Shown here one piece after another: positions 9,317 to 18,517 of a stretch of DNA of 64,000 nucleotides. This DNA is from Actinomycetota bacterium. GTDB lineage: Bacteria > Actinomycetota > Acidimicrobiia > Actinomarinales > Actinomarinaceae. The stretch covers positions 20,617 through 84,616 of the forward strand of contig JACNGE010000011.1 of NCBI GenBank assembly GCA_014384285.1, in the 5' to 3' direction. The position numbers were made by a program, and so were the translations under genes. The notes under the pieces are model-generated. The model was not told the origin of the DNA, did no database searches, and saw nothing but the letters and a program-made list of their open reading frames with translations. Position 1 is the stretch's first letter; every line of letters begins with the position of its first letter.

Positions 9317-9841
9317 TTACAAACCTAGTGCAAACAACCAACCAACAACAACTGAGATAGGTCCAGTTATCATTCTACTTGTTAGAACGGCTGGAACACC
9401 AATCTCTACTGTTTCCGGTTCTGCCTCACCTAATGCGAGACCTACTGGAACGAAATCACAACCAACTTGTGGGTTGATTGCAAATAATGCCGGCAGTGCC
9501 ATAGAAACATCTACGTTTCCACGTCCAATCTCTGTTCCAACTAGAACACCAACGATTTGAGCTATTACAGCTCCAGGTCCTAGCAATGGTGACAAGAATG
9601 GAATTGAACAAACGATACAGACAAGCATCAAACCAACAAGGTTATTTGCAAATCCTTTAATTCCTTCAGCTATAACATCTCCAACTCCTGTTGAAAGGAT
9701 TAATCCGATAACACCAGCAACGAATGCCATGAATGGAATAATTGTTTGAATACATAGCTGTATAGCATCTCGACCTGCTTGAAATAGTTTTCCAACTACT
9801 CCACCAACAGATCTACCTATTTTTTCAATCATACTTTGCAT
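9317..9841 (-). CDS. srlE: glucitol/sorbitol PTS membrane domain; matches the C-terminal half of SrlE, encoded upstream of the IIB half
   Basis: 174 aa. ..LFQAGRDAIQLCIQTIIPFMAFVAGVIGLI...SIPFLSPLLGPGAVIAQIVGVLVG...LPALFAINPQVGCDFVPVGL.. is collinear with E. coli SrlE residues ~150-319. Confidence 0.75.
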   Translation of the reverse strand: MQSMIEKIGRSVGGVVGKLFQAGRDAIQLCIQTIIPFMAFVAGVIGLILSTGVGDVIAEGIKGFANNLVGLMLVCIVCSIPFLSPLLGPGAVIAQIVGVLVGTEIGRGNVDVSMALPALFAINPQVGCDFVPVGLALGEAEPETVEIGVPAVLTSRMITGPISVVVGWLFALGL

Positions 9842-10383
9842 TATTCAGCACCGACCTTTCTTGAAGACATTATTGAATAAATGATGTCAGTTGTGACACC
9901 TCTAATCAAAATAACGACAAGCCCAGCAAGTAAATATCTTACTGCTAAAGGCGTTACTAATTCTGGAGCCGCAATCTCAACTCCAGCAGCAATTCCTAAC
10001 CATACGAATAACTCTCCACCATTTGCATGTGGAAATATTCCCGTAATTGGATGAACAAAACTAACTGCAGCATCATAGAATGCTGGTTTGTTTTTTTCTG
10101 GTAAAAAAGTACCGAATGTATAGCAAACTGGGTTTGTCAGCATAAACACAGCTACAAAAGGTAGCAATGTATATCGAACTGGAACATACATCCAGCCCTC
10201 CTGAGCAGCCCACTTGGCAAAGTTTTCAACCTTATCTTCACCAATGAATTTGACCAATGCATTTACTGCGGTCAAAAACACCACTATCAACGGGATAATA
10301 CCAGTAGTCAAGCTGACAAATACATCTGCTGATGTTCTAAAAACACCAATAAACGCATCGGCCATACTAACTAATGTGTCCAT
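9841..10383 (-). CDS. srlA: glucitol/sorbitol PTS EIIC component
   Basis: 180 aa. ..GIIPLIVVFLTAVNALVKFIGEDKVENFAKWAA...FLPEKNKPAFYDAA..PHANGGELFVWLGIAAG.. is collinear with E. coli SrlA. Confidence 0.8.
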   Translation of the reverse strand: MDTLVSMADAFIGVFRTSADVFVSLTTGIIPLIVVFLTAVNALVKFIGEDKVENFAKWAAQEGWMYVPVRYTLLPFVAVFMLTNPVCYTFGTFLPEKNKPAFYDAAVSFVHPITGIFPHANGGELFVWLGIAAGVEIAAPELVTPLAVRYLLAGLVVILIRGVTTDIIYSIMSSRKVGAE

Positions 10384-10404
10384 TTTTCCCCCTTCTTTAT
10401 ATTT

Positions 10405-10782
10405 CTAATTAGAAACACTCTCTGAATCCTCATTAATTTTTTTAATTAATGTATTTGCAGCCATGGCCGCAGCATCATTAAGTGGATCTTTTCCGCCAGA
10501 GTCCGAAAACTCTGACAAACTTTTGTTAATCATCTCTGTAACTTGTTGTCCTTTTGCAAAAACTGTTGTTCCTTTGAGTGTTATAGCGTCGACTATAATT
10601 TTTTGAGGATTGGCAGACATGGCTAGATAAACTCTTTTTCTTCCCCATTTGGGCTGATTGGTACCTATAGCAACAGTTAAATTTTCACCGTGTAGTTCTT
10701 TTACAACATTCATAAAACTTACTGCTTGTTTTTTTGCAAGCTGCATTTGTAGAACCCACATACCAGCAAGTCCTAAAAACAA
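10405..10782 (-). CDS. gutM: glucitol operon activator GutM-like small protein
   Basis: 125 aa with an N-terminal TM helix. Central ..IVDAITLKGTTVFAKGQQV.. resembles GutM (..IVDTLFMKGLTVFARPQKI..). First gene of the srl-like operon. Confidence 0.5.
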   Translation of the reverse strand: MFLGLAGMWVLQMQLAKKQAVSFMNVVKELHGENLTVAIGTNQPKWGRKRVYLAMSANPQKIIVDAITLKGTTVFAKGQQVTEMINKSLSEFSDSGGKDPLNDAAAMAANTLIKKINEDSESVSN

Positions 10783-10867
10783 AGCTCCTAATGCAATAGG
10801 TGATTCTAAAATAATTAATTTCCCTTACTACTTAATTACATTCTATATTCAAAGAGTTTTGGTTTGC

Positions 10868-10887
10868 AATTTTTACAAGTAAAAATT
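10868..10887. promoter_or_regulatory. 20-bp AT-rich perfect palindrome AATTTTTAC-AA-GTAAAAATT between ispD-like and gutM
   Basis: Read from the sequence, ~85 nt upstream of the gutM start. Candidate operator, or a weak terminator for the upstream gene. Confidence 0.25.
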
Positions 10888-10935
10888 TAATTTTAGATAT
10901 AACGGCTTAGAAGAATGGTGCTAAGTAGATGTGTC

Positions 10936-11628
10936 CTATTCTTGAGTAATTATTTTTTCTAATTCAAATATATCCTCAATAAAAGTTACTTTCATATTTT
11001 TTGGGTCTCCAGGGACAATCACTGCCTCACGACCTACATATTTGGAGACGCACTCTGTAGTATCGACGGCCTGCCAGTTATCTAATTTTGCTAATTCATA
11101 AGATTTCCACAATTCATCTGCTGGGAATATTTGAGGAGTTTGTATTTCAACAATGGTTTCATCTTCAGAATGATCTGAATTGGAACCTTTTTTTAAAGAA
11201 ATATTTTTTGAGTTAAAACCGGGTGCTGAAGCTCCGTTTTTTCTAGCGACATCGATTAATTCATCTAGTAAATAAGAAGGTAATAAAGGTCTGGCTCCAT
11301 CATGGATTAAAATTAAATCATCTTCTGATACGTTTCCAGAATTTTTAAGGTACATAAGACCCTCATACTCACTGTCATGCCTAGTTTTTCCCCCTACTGT
11401 TACACCCACTAATTTTTCAGTGTCGACAAGCTCAATAACCCTATTTGTTTTTTCCCAATCTTCTTCACGAATTACAAGAAGTATTGAATCTACATCTTCA
11501 GATTTCTCTAGAGTTTCAAGAGGCCAACAGAGTGCAGGTTTTCTTCCAATTGGAAAATACACTTTGTTTTCTTCATCAGTAAATCTATGACTTGAGCCGC
11601 CAGCTAATAATATTGCATGAGTTTTCAT
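10936..11628 (-). CDS. IspD/TarI-family sugar-phosphate cytidylyltransferase (MobA-like nucleotidyltransferase fold)
   Basis: 230 aa. N-terminal MKTHAILLAGGSSHRF.. glycine-rich NTP-transferase loop. Overlaps ptsI by 4 nt. Confidence 0.55.
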   Translation of the reverse strand: MKTHAILLAGGSSHRFTDEENKVYFPIGRKPALCWPLETLEKSEDVDSILLVIREEDWEKTNRVIELVDTEKLVGVTVGGKTRHDSEYEGLMYLKNSGNVSEDDLILIHDGARPLLPSYLLDELIDVARKNGASAPGFNSKNISLKKGSNSDHSEDETIVEIQTPQIFPADELWKSYELAKLDNWQAVDTTECVSKYVGREAVIVPGDPKNMKVTFIEDIFELEKIITQE

Positions 11629-13256
11629 ATATTTAAGTCGCTTAATAATTCTCTAACTTCTTTGCTATTTTTTGATTTAAGAATTTTAAGCTTTAGTTCA
11701 TTTGTATCAAAAGAATTTAGATTAATCAATTTATCATAAACAAATGGTGCTGCCGACGGTGACATACTGAATTTGCGCAACCCTAAAATATACAAAACCA
11801 CAGCTGCATCTGGATCAGAGGCCATCTCTCCACATACAGAAACTTCTTTATTGGTTGATTCTCCAACTTTGAAAACATTTTCTAGAACCCTAAGAATTGC
11901 GGGATGTAGTGGGTCTTGGTATTCAAATAGACTGGGGTTGCCTCTATCAGCTGCCATTATGTATTGAGTTAAGTCATTGGTGCCAATTGAGAAGAAGTCT
12001 ACATACTCAGAAAAATCTTCTACGAGTATTGTTGACGATGGGGTTTCTATCATTATTCCAACTTCCGGAACTTTTTTATTTAAATTTTTAGCGATCTCTA
12101 AAATTATATTTTTACTTTTTATAAAATCTTCGATAGTTGAAATCATAGGGAACATTATTTTTACACGATCTGCATCTTTAGAAGTAAGGATTGACTCGAT
12201 TTGTGTTCTAAATAGTTCTTCAATTTGAAGCGAAAGACGTATTCCCCTAACTCCTAAAAAAGGGTTTTCTTCAACCGGTAAGCTTAAATAAGCTACTTGT
12301 TTATCTCCACCTATGTCAAGTGTCCTATAAGTTATTGTTCCAGTAAACTTTTGTTGTATTTTTTCTAGTATCTCTTTTTGTTCATCAACCGTAGGAATTG
12401 ATGACCTGTCTAAATAAATAAACTCAGACCGGAACAATCCTATAGAATTTAAAAAATCGTGATTGAAAGACTCAATCTCTTCATTAGAGCCTACATTGAT
12501 TAAAAACTCAAAATCTTGTTCTTTGTATGAAGATTCCGTAAAGTTAGTTCTTATCTCTTCTTCGCGTTTTTTATTTTTGTTCATCGTCTCTATAACTTTT
12601 TTATCTGGATTTATAATCAACTCTCCACTTGATCCATCTAATGCAATTAGGTCTTCGTTCATTATTTCTTCAATACCTTTTCCAACACCAATAACACACG
12701 GTATACCCAAATTTTTTGCTACGATCACGGCATGAGAAGTTGGGCCACCATCTTTTAGAATAATTCCTACTACATTTCCCAGATTCATAGAAGAGGTGTC
12801 TGCGGGAGTTAAATCATCTGCAACAAGTATTGAATTTTCACTTAGATTAACTTTTATCTCTTTTTCCTGCATTGTGTTTATTAGATGTTTGCCAACTGAG
12901 AGAATGTCTTCTGCTCTCTGTTTAAAATATTCATCTTCCATACTTGCCAATATCTTGGCACTCGAATCAAATATACTGTATACCTCTTTAACAGATGCTT
13001 GATTGTCAGCTGTCACTTGTCCTGTGATTTCAGGATCTTGAAGTATTAATGTATAAGCATCTAAGACATCTGCTTCTTCTATTCTGTCATTATCTTTGAA
13101 GGTTTTAATTTGTGATTCGAATTTAGAAATAAGTTTTGTAACAGCCTCTTGAAATATTATCTTTCCGTTGGTGTCTAGGTCAACATTATTTATATACACA
13201 TAAGCTTTACCAATTGAACTTCCAATTGAGACACCATTTCCATTAACACTTTTCAT
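11625..13256 (-). CDS. ptsI: phosphoenolpyruvate-protein phosphotransferase (PTS enzyme I)
   Basis: 543 aa. Contains GGPTSHAVIVAKNLGIPCVIGVG (phospho-His region) and ..EVGIMIETPS.. / GTNDLTQY motifs of the PEP-utilising domain. Confidence 0.85.
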   Translation of the reverse strand: MKSVNGNGVSIGSSIGKAYVYINNVDLDTNGKIIFQEAVTKLISKFESQIKTFKDNDRIEEADVLDAYTLILQDPEITGQVTADNQASVKEVYSIFDSSAKILASMEDEYFKQRAEDILSVGKHLINTMQEKEIKVNLSENSILVADDLTPADTSSMNLGNVVGIILKDGGPTSHAVIVAKNLGIPCVIGVGKGIEEIMNEDLIALDGSSGELIINPDKKVIETMNKNKKREEEIRTNFTESSYKEQDFEFLINVGSNEEIESFNHDFLNSIGLFRSEFIYLDRSSIPTVDEQKEILEKIQQKFTGTITYRTLDIGGDKQVAYLSLPVEENPFLGVRGIRLSLQIEELFRTQIESILTSKDADRVKIMFPMISTIEDFIKSKNIILEIAKNLNKKVPEVGIMIETPSSTILVEDFSEYVDFFSIGTNDLTQYIMAADRGNPSLFEYQDPLHPAILRVLENVFKVGESTNKEVSVCGEMASDPDAAVVLYILGLRKFSMSPSAAPFVYDKLINLNSFDTNELKLKILKSKNSKEVRELLSDLNI

Positions 13257-13288
13257 TATTTCATCAAGTTACACGGAAAAAAAGCTTT

Positions 13289-13795
13289 TTGCAATGTTGG
13301 ATTACTTCAAAACAACATTATTTTTATTGTATGAAATATTTACTTCTTAATTTTAAAGAAACCCCTACATATGGTTGGGTTGAATACTCAAAAGACAAAG
13401 GATTAATTAAATCTGAGGAGAAGGATTTTACAAATTTAAATGAAATTATGAATCTTATGAATCATGAAACTTGTGTAATTATTGATGAACTTGCGACAGA
13501 TGAACCGACACTTTCAATTTCTCTTGAAAATATACTTAAGTCAGACTATTCAATAACAACTCAGAAAGTTACTAATGCAATCAAAAGAATAAACTCTTCA
13601 GGAAAAGTAATAAAACACTTAGATCGAGATAACTATCAAAGATTATCAACTCCAATTAAAGCTAACAGAGAATCAATAAAAAAATATTTTGAAGAGTATT
13701 CTGATTGGGATTTTGAAAAATACTTAAAATTAAACAACCACTCTTATAAAGATTATCAAACCTTTGAAGCTGGTTTAATCCTAGAATCAAAATAA
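13289..13795 (+). CDS. hypothetical protein
   Basis: 168 aa, no recognisable motif. Likely start at an internal Met near 13331. 3' end overlaps the convergent EamA gene. Confidence 0.3.
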   Translation: MQCWITSKQHYFYCMKYLLLNFKETPTYGWVEYSKDKGLIKSEEKDFTNLNEIMNLMNHETCVIIDELATDEPTLSISLENILKSDYSITTQKVTNAIKRINSSGKVIKHLDRDNYQRLSTPIKANRESIKKYFEEYSDWDFEKYLKLNNHSYKDYQTFEAGLILESK

Positions 13796-14607
13796 ATCTG
13801 ACCAATACCTACAAAAACAACCAAAATAAATCCTACTGATTGCCTTAGAGTGAGTGTCTCGCTTAGTAAAATAGCTCCTAATACAACTCCTGTTACAGGT
13901 TCTAAATAGGAGATTGTACTCACTGCTATAGGTTTAATTATTTTCACAACATACCAATAAGTCATGAGTCCCACGCCAGTCAAAAAGAATCCAAGAAACA
14001 TACTTACCTCAATATTTTTAACTAACCAATCTTTAGATTCATAAGTAAAGTTAATAAGAATTAAGGCAGCAACTAAAAGTTGTGCAAATGCAACCTTAAG
14101 ACCTCCAAGCTTAGAGCTATACGATTCTCCAATAGTAATTATTAAAGACAAGCTTATTGCACTTACTAATCCATAAATAACTCCTTCGAGAGACTTTATG
14201 TTTGAAATATCTAAAAGATTATATAGACCAAAAAAGCCTCCACATATTAAAGCTACTTGATATACCTTTGGTTTATTTCCTCGTAAAAATTCAATTAAAA
14301 GTACGAAAAGGGGATATGAAAAGACAAGTCCAATTCCAACTGCAATTGAATTCAACTCTATAGATTCAAACATTGTTACCCAGTGAATAGCTAAGAGGGG
14401 TCCTAGAATCAATCCTGGTTTAAGCAATTCTTTTAGATTAAAGTCTTTTCTGATTACTAAAGTGGACAAAAATAGTGTTCCTAAAAAAGTCCTAATCCCA
14501 ACCAGTCCGATGGAAGAAATATCAGAGGTTCTTATTATTAATGGAATCGTTCCCCAAGAAATAGCCAATAGTACTATTCCTGAATAGGCTTTGATTGTTG
14601 GGTTCAT
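13756..14607 (-). CDS. DMT superfamily (EamA-like) transporter
   Basis: 283 aa with ~10 predicted TM helices and a duplicated EamA-like arrangement. Abuts dnaB. Confidence 0.5.
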   Translation of the reverse strand: MNPTIKAYSGIVLLAISWGTIPLIIRTSDISSIGLVGIRTFLGTLFLSTLVIRKDFNLKELLKPGLILGPLLAIHWVTMFESIELNSIAVGIGLVFSYPLFVLLIEFLRGNKPKVYQVALICGGFFGLYNLLDISNIKSLEGVIYGLVSAISLSLIITIGESYSSKLGGLKVAFAQLLVAALILINFTYESKDWLVKNIEVSMFLGFFLTGVGLMTYWYVVKIIKPIAVSTISYLEPVTGVVLGAILLSETLTLRQSVGFILVVFVGIGQIYFDSRIKPASKV

Positions 14608-15963
14608 TTACTCAGATTGTTTTGAGTAATTTGAAAAAGTAGTATATTCCTTGCTGAAATAAAGATCTACCTTCCCTGTAGAGCCTGATCTGTTTTTAAC
14701 AATATTGATTTCTGCAACACCTGGTTTTTCAGTCGCGGGATTGTAATAGTCGTCTCTATAAATCATCATGACAATATCAGCATCTTGTTCGATTGCTCCA
14801 GACTCTCTTAAGTCTCCAAGTCTTGGTCTTTTATCTTCCCTTTGCTCTGCAGCTCTGTTTAATTGTGATAGCGCAATAATCGGTACTTTTAACTCTCTAG
14901 CTAGATTCTTTAGGTTTCTGCTGATTTCAGCAATTTCTTGTTGTCTGTTGTCTCCAGAGTTACCTTGCATAAGCTGAATATAGTCAACAACTATCAAGTC
15001 TAAACTTTTAGAAGCTTTTAACCTTCTAGATTTTGCTCTAATGTCAGTAACAGTAATTACTGATGCATCATCAAAATAAAGGGGCATAGAGTTAACTTTT
15101 GAAGCAGCCTCAACTACTCTTGACCATTTTTCAGGACCAAGTTGTCCTTTTCTTGCATCACCAGATGCAACTTTGGCCTCGGAAAACAATACTCTTTGAA
15201 CTAGCTCTTCTTTAGTCATCTCAAGCGAGAAAATTGCCACTGTCTTTTTTTCCTTTGCAGCATTTGTTGCAATATTAAGTGCTAAAGATGATTTACCCAT
15301 GCTTGGTCGAGCAGCAATAATAACCAAATTACCATCTTGTAAACCGGCTAAAGTATTATCCAAATCAACAAAATGTGTTGGAAGACCAGAAAGTCCCGTT
15401 CCTTGATTTTCTATTTCTTCAATCTGTTCGATTGCTTCATTTAAAAAATCAGATACCCCAATTAAGCCATCTCCGATTGCGTCGTCTGAAGCGTTAAATA
15501 TTGACTGTTCTGCTTCATCCATGACAGAGGATATTTCTTTGTCCAGAGCATATGCCAGAAGCTCAATTCTTCCACTTGCTTTCAAAAGCTTTCTTCTGTT
15601 GGAGTGTTCTAATACAATTTCTATATATCTTTCGAAGTTGGCTGAACTAGGTACATTCTCAACTAACCTTGCTATATATGAAGCGTTTAAACTTGTTGTA
15701 TTTTTGCTCTTAAATACAATTTCAGAAACCGTAACGCTGTCTATGGGTTTTCCAGAGTCAAACAACTCTTTCATAGCCTCAAATATTTTTTCGTTATTTG
15801 GACTATAAAAATCACCTGGTTTTACTGCCTCCATTAATCTGTTTGAGGCATCTCTTGATAAAAGTGCGCTGCCTAAAAGAGCTTCTTCAGCTTCAATACT
15901 ATTTGGAGGGGCTTTTTGTACTCCTAGTGAATCTCTGGATGAAACTGCTTCTGGTCCAGCCAT
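14608..15963 (-). CDS. dnaB: replicative DNA helicase DnaB
   Basis: 451 aa. Walker A ARPSMGKSSLALN, ..QLMQGNSGDNRQQEIAEISRNLK.. and C-terminal RecA-like motifs typical of DnaB. Confidence 0.9.
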   Translation of the reverse strand: MAGPEAVSSRDSLGVQKAPPNSIEAEEALLGSALLSRDASNRLMEAVKPGDFYSPNNEKIFEAMKELFDSGKPIDSVTVSEIVFKSKNTTSLNASYIARLVENVPSSANFERYIEIVLEHSNRRKLLKASGRIELLAYALDKEISSVMDEAEQSIFNASDDAIGDGLIGVSDFLNEAIEQIEEIENQGTGLSGLPTHFVDLDNTLAGLQDGNLVIIAARPSMGKSSLALNIATNAAKEKKTVAIFSLEMTKEELVQRVLFSEAKVASGDARKGQLGPEKWSRVVEAASKVNSMPLYFDDASVITVTDIRAKSRRLKASKSLDLIVVDYIQLMQGNSGDNRQQEIAEISRNLKNLARELKVPIIALSQLNRAAEQREDKRPRLGDLRESGAIEQDADIVMMIYRDDYYNPATEKPGVAEINIVKNRSGSTGKVDLYFSKEYTTFSNYSKQSE

Positions 15964-16415
15964 TATTTTGTTTCAGGAACTATTTCTAAAGTCACGTCAA
16001 AACTAACGTCGGCACTTAATCTGATGTTTACTGTGTGTAAACCAATTTCTTTAACCTGGTTTTCTAAAATAACCTGGTTTTCTTCTAATTTAAAAGTTGA
16101 AAACTTTTCAATTGATTCAATTATCTGTGCATTTGTTACAGCTGCATACAGAGTTCCTTCATCTGTTGAATTTTGAGCTATAACTAAGTGTGCATCAGCC
16201 AAAGCTTGTTGAATAGAGTCTGCAAGTTCACTGCTCTCTTCAAGCACTGAATGTCTCTTTTCTTGCATTCTTTCAGCAACCGTTACATTTTTTGCAGTAG
16301 CTACCATTGCCAGATTTTTTGGTATTAAATAATTACGTGCATAACCTTTTGCAACGTCAACGATATCTCCTTTTCGGCCCAGTTTTGATATATCTTCGTT
16401 GAGTATTAACTTCAT
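15963..16415 (-). CDS. rplI: 50S ribosomal protein L9
   Basis: 150 aa. MKLIL..D...LG..GDIV.VA.GYARNYLIP N-terminus characteristic of L9. Confidence 0.85.
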   Translation of the reverse strand: MKLILNEDISKLGRKGDIVDVAKGYARNYLIPKNLAMVATAKNVTVAERMQEKRHSVLEESSELADSIQQALADAHLVIAQNSTDEGTLYAAVTNAQIIESIEKFSTFKLEENQVILENQVKEIGLHTVNIRLSADVSFDVTLEIVPETK

Positions 16416-16702
16416 CGTCGGTTATAGGATTGTTTGTAAGTACTTGTTGTGACATAAGGAAGAAGAGCAAGCTCTCTGGCAACCTTTACAAGTCGTGCTA
16501 CTTTTGCCTGTTCTTGTTTTGTAATCCCAGTGATTAAGCTTGAACGAATTTTTCCTCTATCTGATATAAATTTTTCTAGAAGCTTCACATCTTTATACGT
16601 TGCTCTTGAAATTTGTTCTTTAGTTACTCTCCTTTGTTTAGGTGCTTCATATTTTGAAGCCTTAAACTTTGGAGCTCTTTTTTGACCTTGTGCTTGTCCC
16701 AT
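16412..16702 (-). CDS. rpsR: 30S ribosomal protein S18
   Basis: 96 aa. ..YKDVKLLEKFISDRGKI..R..TG......Q..LA.AVK.AR..ALLPY is an S18 signature. Confidence 0.85.
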   Translation of the reverse strand: MGQAQGQKRAPKFKASKYEAPKQRRVTKEQISRATYKDVKLLEKFISDRGKIRSSLITGITKQEQAKVARLVKVARELALLPYVTTSTYKQSYNRR

Positions 16703-16713
16703 TTACATACCTC

Positions 16714-17139
16714 CTAAAATGGTGCTTCGTTTTCTTCGAAATTATCTCTTGCTTTAGGCATATCTGAAGATCCTGAAGAACTTGAATCCACACTTGCTGT
16801 TGCCCACTTTAGAGCTGGTCCGATTTCATCAATCACAATGGAGACTTTTGATCGATTTCCACCTTGCTGGTCTTCCCAAGTTGAGTAATTAAGTTTTCCA
16901 ACAATTATTACTCTCATACCTTTTGTTAAAGATGAACTTACATTTTCAGCTTGTTGTCCAAAAACTACACCGCTGAAGTATTGTGGGTCATCATCAACAT
17001 TTACCCATTCACCATCCGTAAATCTTCGTTTTTTAGGTCCTGCAAAGTTGATATCAAGGACTGACATTCCCGAATTTGTTGTTCTTAGTTCAGGATCCAT
17101 TGTTATGGTTCCAACTATTGTTACTGTATTATCTACCAT
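16714..17139 (-). CDS. ssb: single-stranded DNA-binding protein
   Basis: 141 aa. OB-fold N-terminus TVTIVGTITMDPELRTTNSG is actinobacterial-type. Acidic C-terminal tail ..EENEAPF. Confidence 0.85.
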   Translation of the reverse strand: MVDNTVTIVGTITMDPELRTTNSGMSVLDINFAGPKKRRFTDGEWVNVDDDPQYFSGVVFGQQAENVSSSLTKGMRVIIVGKLNYSTWEDQQGGNRSKVSIVIDEIGPALKWATASVDSSSSGSSDMPKARDNFEENEAPF

Positions 17140-17149
17140 GTTTATACCT

Positions 17150-17455
17150 CTAGCTTTCCATCTTTAAGACTTTGTGTCTAATCACATCATCAGATATTTT
17201 TAGCACTCTATCAAGTTCACTTGGCACTGTTGGAGGTGCTTCAAAGGTTGTTATAGAATAGATACCTTCATTAAAAGTTTCTATTTGATAGGCTAGTTTT
17301 CTCTTTTGCCATACAGCTTGCTCTGAAATTGAACCACCATTAGTAGTAATAATTTCAGTTATACTTTTGTGGATTTCTTCAACAAGACTGTCGTCTGCTG
17401 TTGGTCTAACAATTGAGACCAAGTCATATTTAGTCATTTTTTCTCCTATGGACAC
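17150..17455 (-). CDS. rpsF: 30S ribosomal protein S6
   Basis: 101 aa. MTKYDLVSIVRP....VEE........I...GG.I......G.R.LAY.I is the S6 pattern. Position upstream of ssb-rpsR-rplI. Confidence 0.8.
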   Translation of the reverse strand: MSIGEKMTKYDLVSIVRPTADDSLVEEIHKSITEIITTNGGSISEQAVWQKRKLAYQIETFNEGIYSITTFEAPPTVPSELDRVLKISDDVIRHKVLKMES

Positions 17456-17508
17456 TTGTACGTGGCTTCTTTTGAAGCAGGTACTTACAATGTAATACTA
17501 GAAATGGC

Positions 17509-18372
17509 TTATGACAGAATTTTTTTAATTTCTTTTTTCCATTCTTCAAGGGATTCTTGCAAATCTGCCCCCATGGCATAAGAATGATTTTCTGTTGGAA
17601 ATTTTTTATTTTGTACTTCTGACTTATAACTCTTGAGTGCTTCTACGGTATCCTCATATTGTTTGGAGTACCTTTTCACAAATTTAGCATCTACATATTC
17701 CTTTGATTTCATTCCTAATATGTCATGTAAGACAAGTACTTGTCCATCTGTTGATTTTCCAGCACCAATTCCTATTGTTGGTATTTCAAGTGCTTCAGAT
17801 ATAGATTCAGCAACTATAGATGGAACACCTTCAAGGACCATTGAAAAACAGCCTAGTTCTTGTATGAGAAGTGCATCTTCAAACAATTTCTTTGCTAGCT
17901 CGAGAGTTTTACCTTGTACTTTGTAGCCTCCCATCATATTTTTAGACTGGGGAGTTAGTCCTAAGTGACCCATCACTGGTATTTCTGCATTTACCAAAGC
18001 TTGAATAGTCTCTCTTCTCTTTGATCCGCCTTCAACTTTAACGGCATCAGCTTTTCCTATTTGAATAAACTTAGCTGCATTTCTCAATGTGTCCGCTAAA
18101 TCTACGTGATAGGACATATATGGCATATCTGCAACTACGAGGGGCTTAGGTTTTGCATTAGTTACAGCTTTTACATGATGCAACATTTCTTCAACCGTGA
18201 CAGAAAGAGTATCTTCATGACCTAAGACAACTTGAGCAAGTGAGTCTCCAACTAAAATGATATCAATATCTGCTTCTGAGGCTGCTTTTGCTGAGGGATA
18301 ATCATATGCAGTAACCATAGAGATGATTTCTTTATTTTTTAAATTTACAATATAAGGTACTGTTTTTTTCAC
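17509..18372 (-). CDS. panB: 3-methyl-2-oxobutanoate hydroxymethyltransferase
   Basis: 287 aa. ..ISMVTAYDYPSAK...DIILVGDSLAQVVLGHEDTL..VKVEGG.. are canonical PanB motifs. Confidence 0.85.
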   Translation of the reverse strand: MKKTVPYIVNLKNKEIISMVTAYDYPSAKAASEADIDIILVGDSLAQVVLGHEDTLSVTVEEMLHHVKAVTNAKPKPLVVADMPYMSYHVDLADTLRNAAKFIQIGKADAVKVEGGSKRRETIQALVNAEIPVMGHLGLTPQSKNMMGGYKVQGKTLELAKKLFEDALLIQELGCFSMVLEGVPSIVAESISEALEIPTIGIGAGKSTDGQVLVLHDILGMKSKEYVDAKFVKRYSKQYEDTVEALKSYKSEVQNKKFPTENHSYAMGADLQESLEEWKKEIKKILS

Positions 18373-18517
18373 TTTTTCCTCTCTCCGCTTTAAAAGTCGA
18401 AGGATTATTCTAATTTTATTATTTTTGTCTAATTAAGCAACTCTTTATTTACAAACTAAAGCAATTATTATTTTTTGTAGTTTACGATACGAATTATTAT
18501 CCAATAACATTCTTTAT

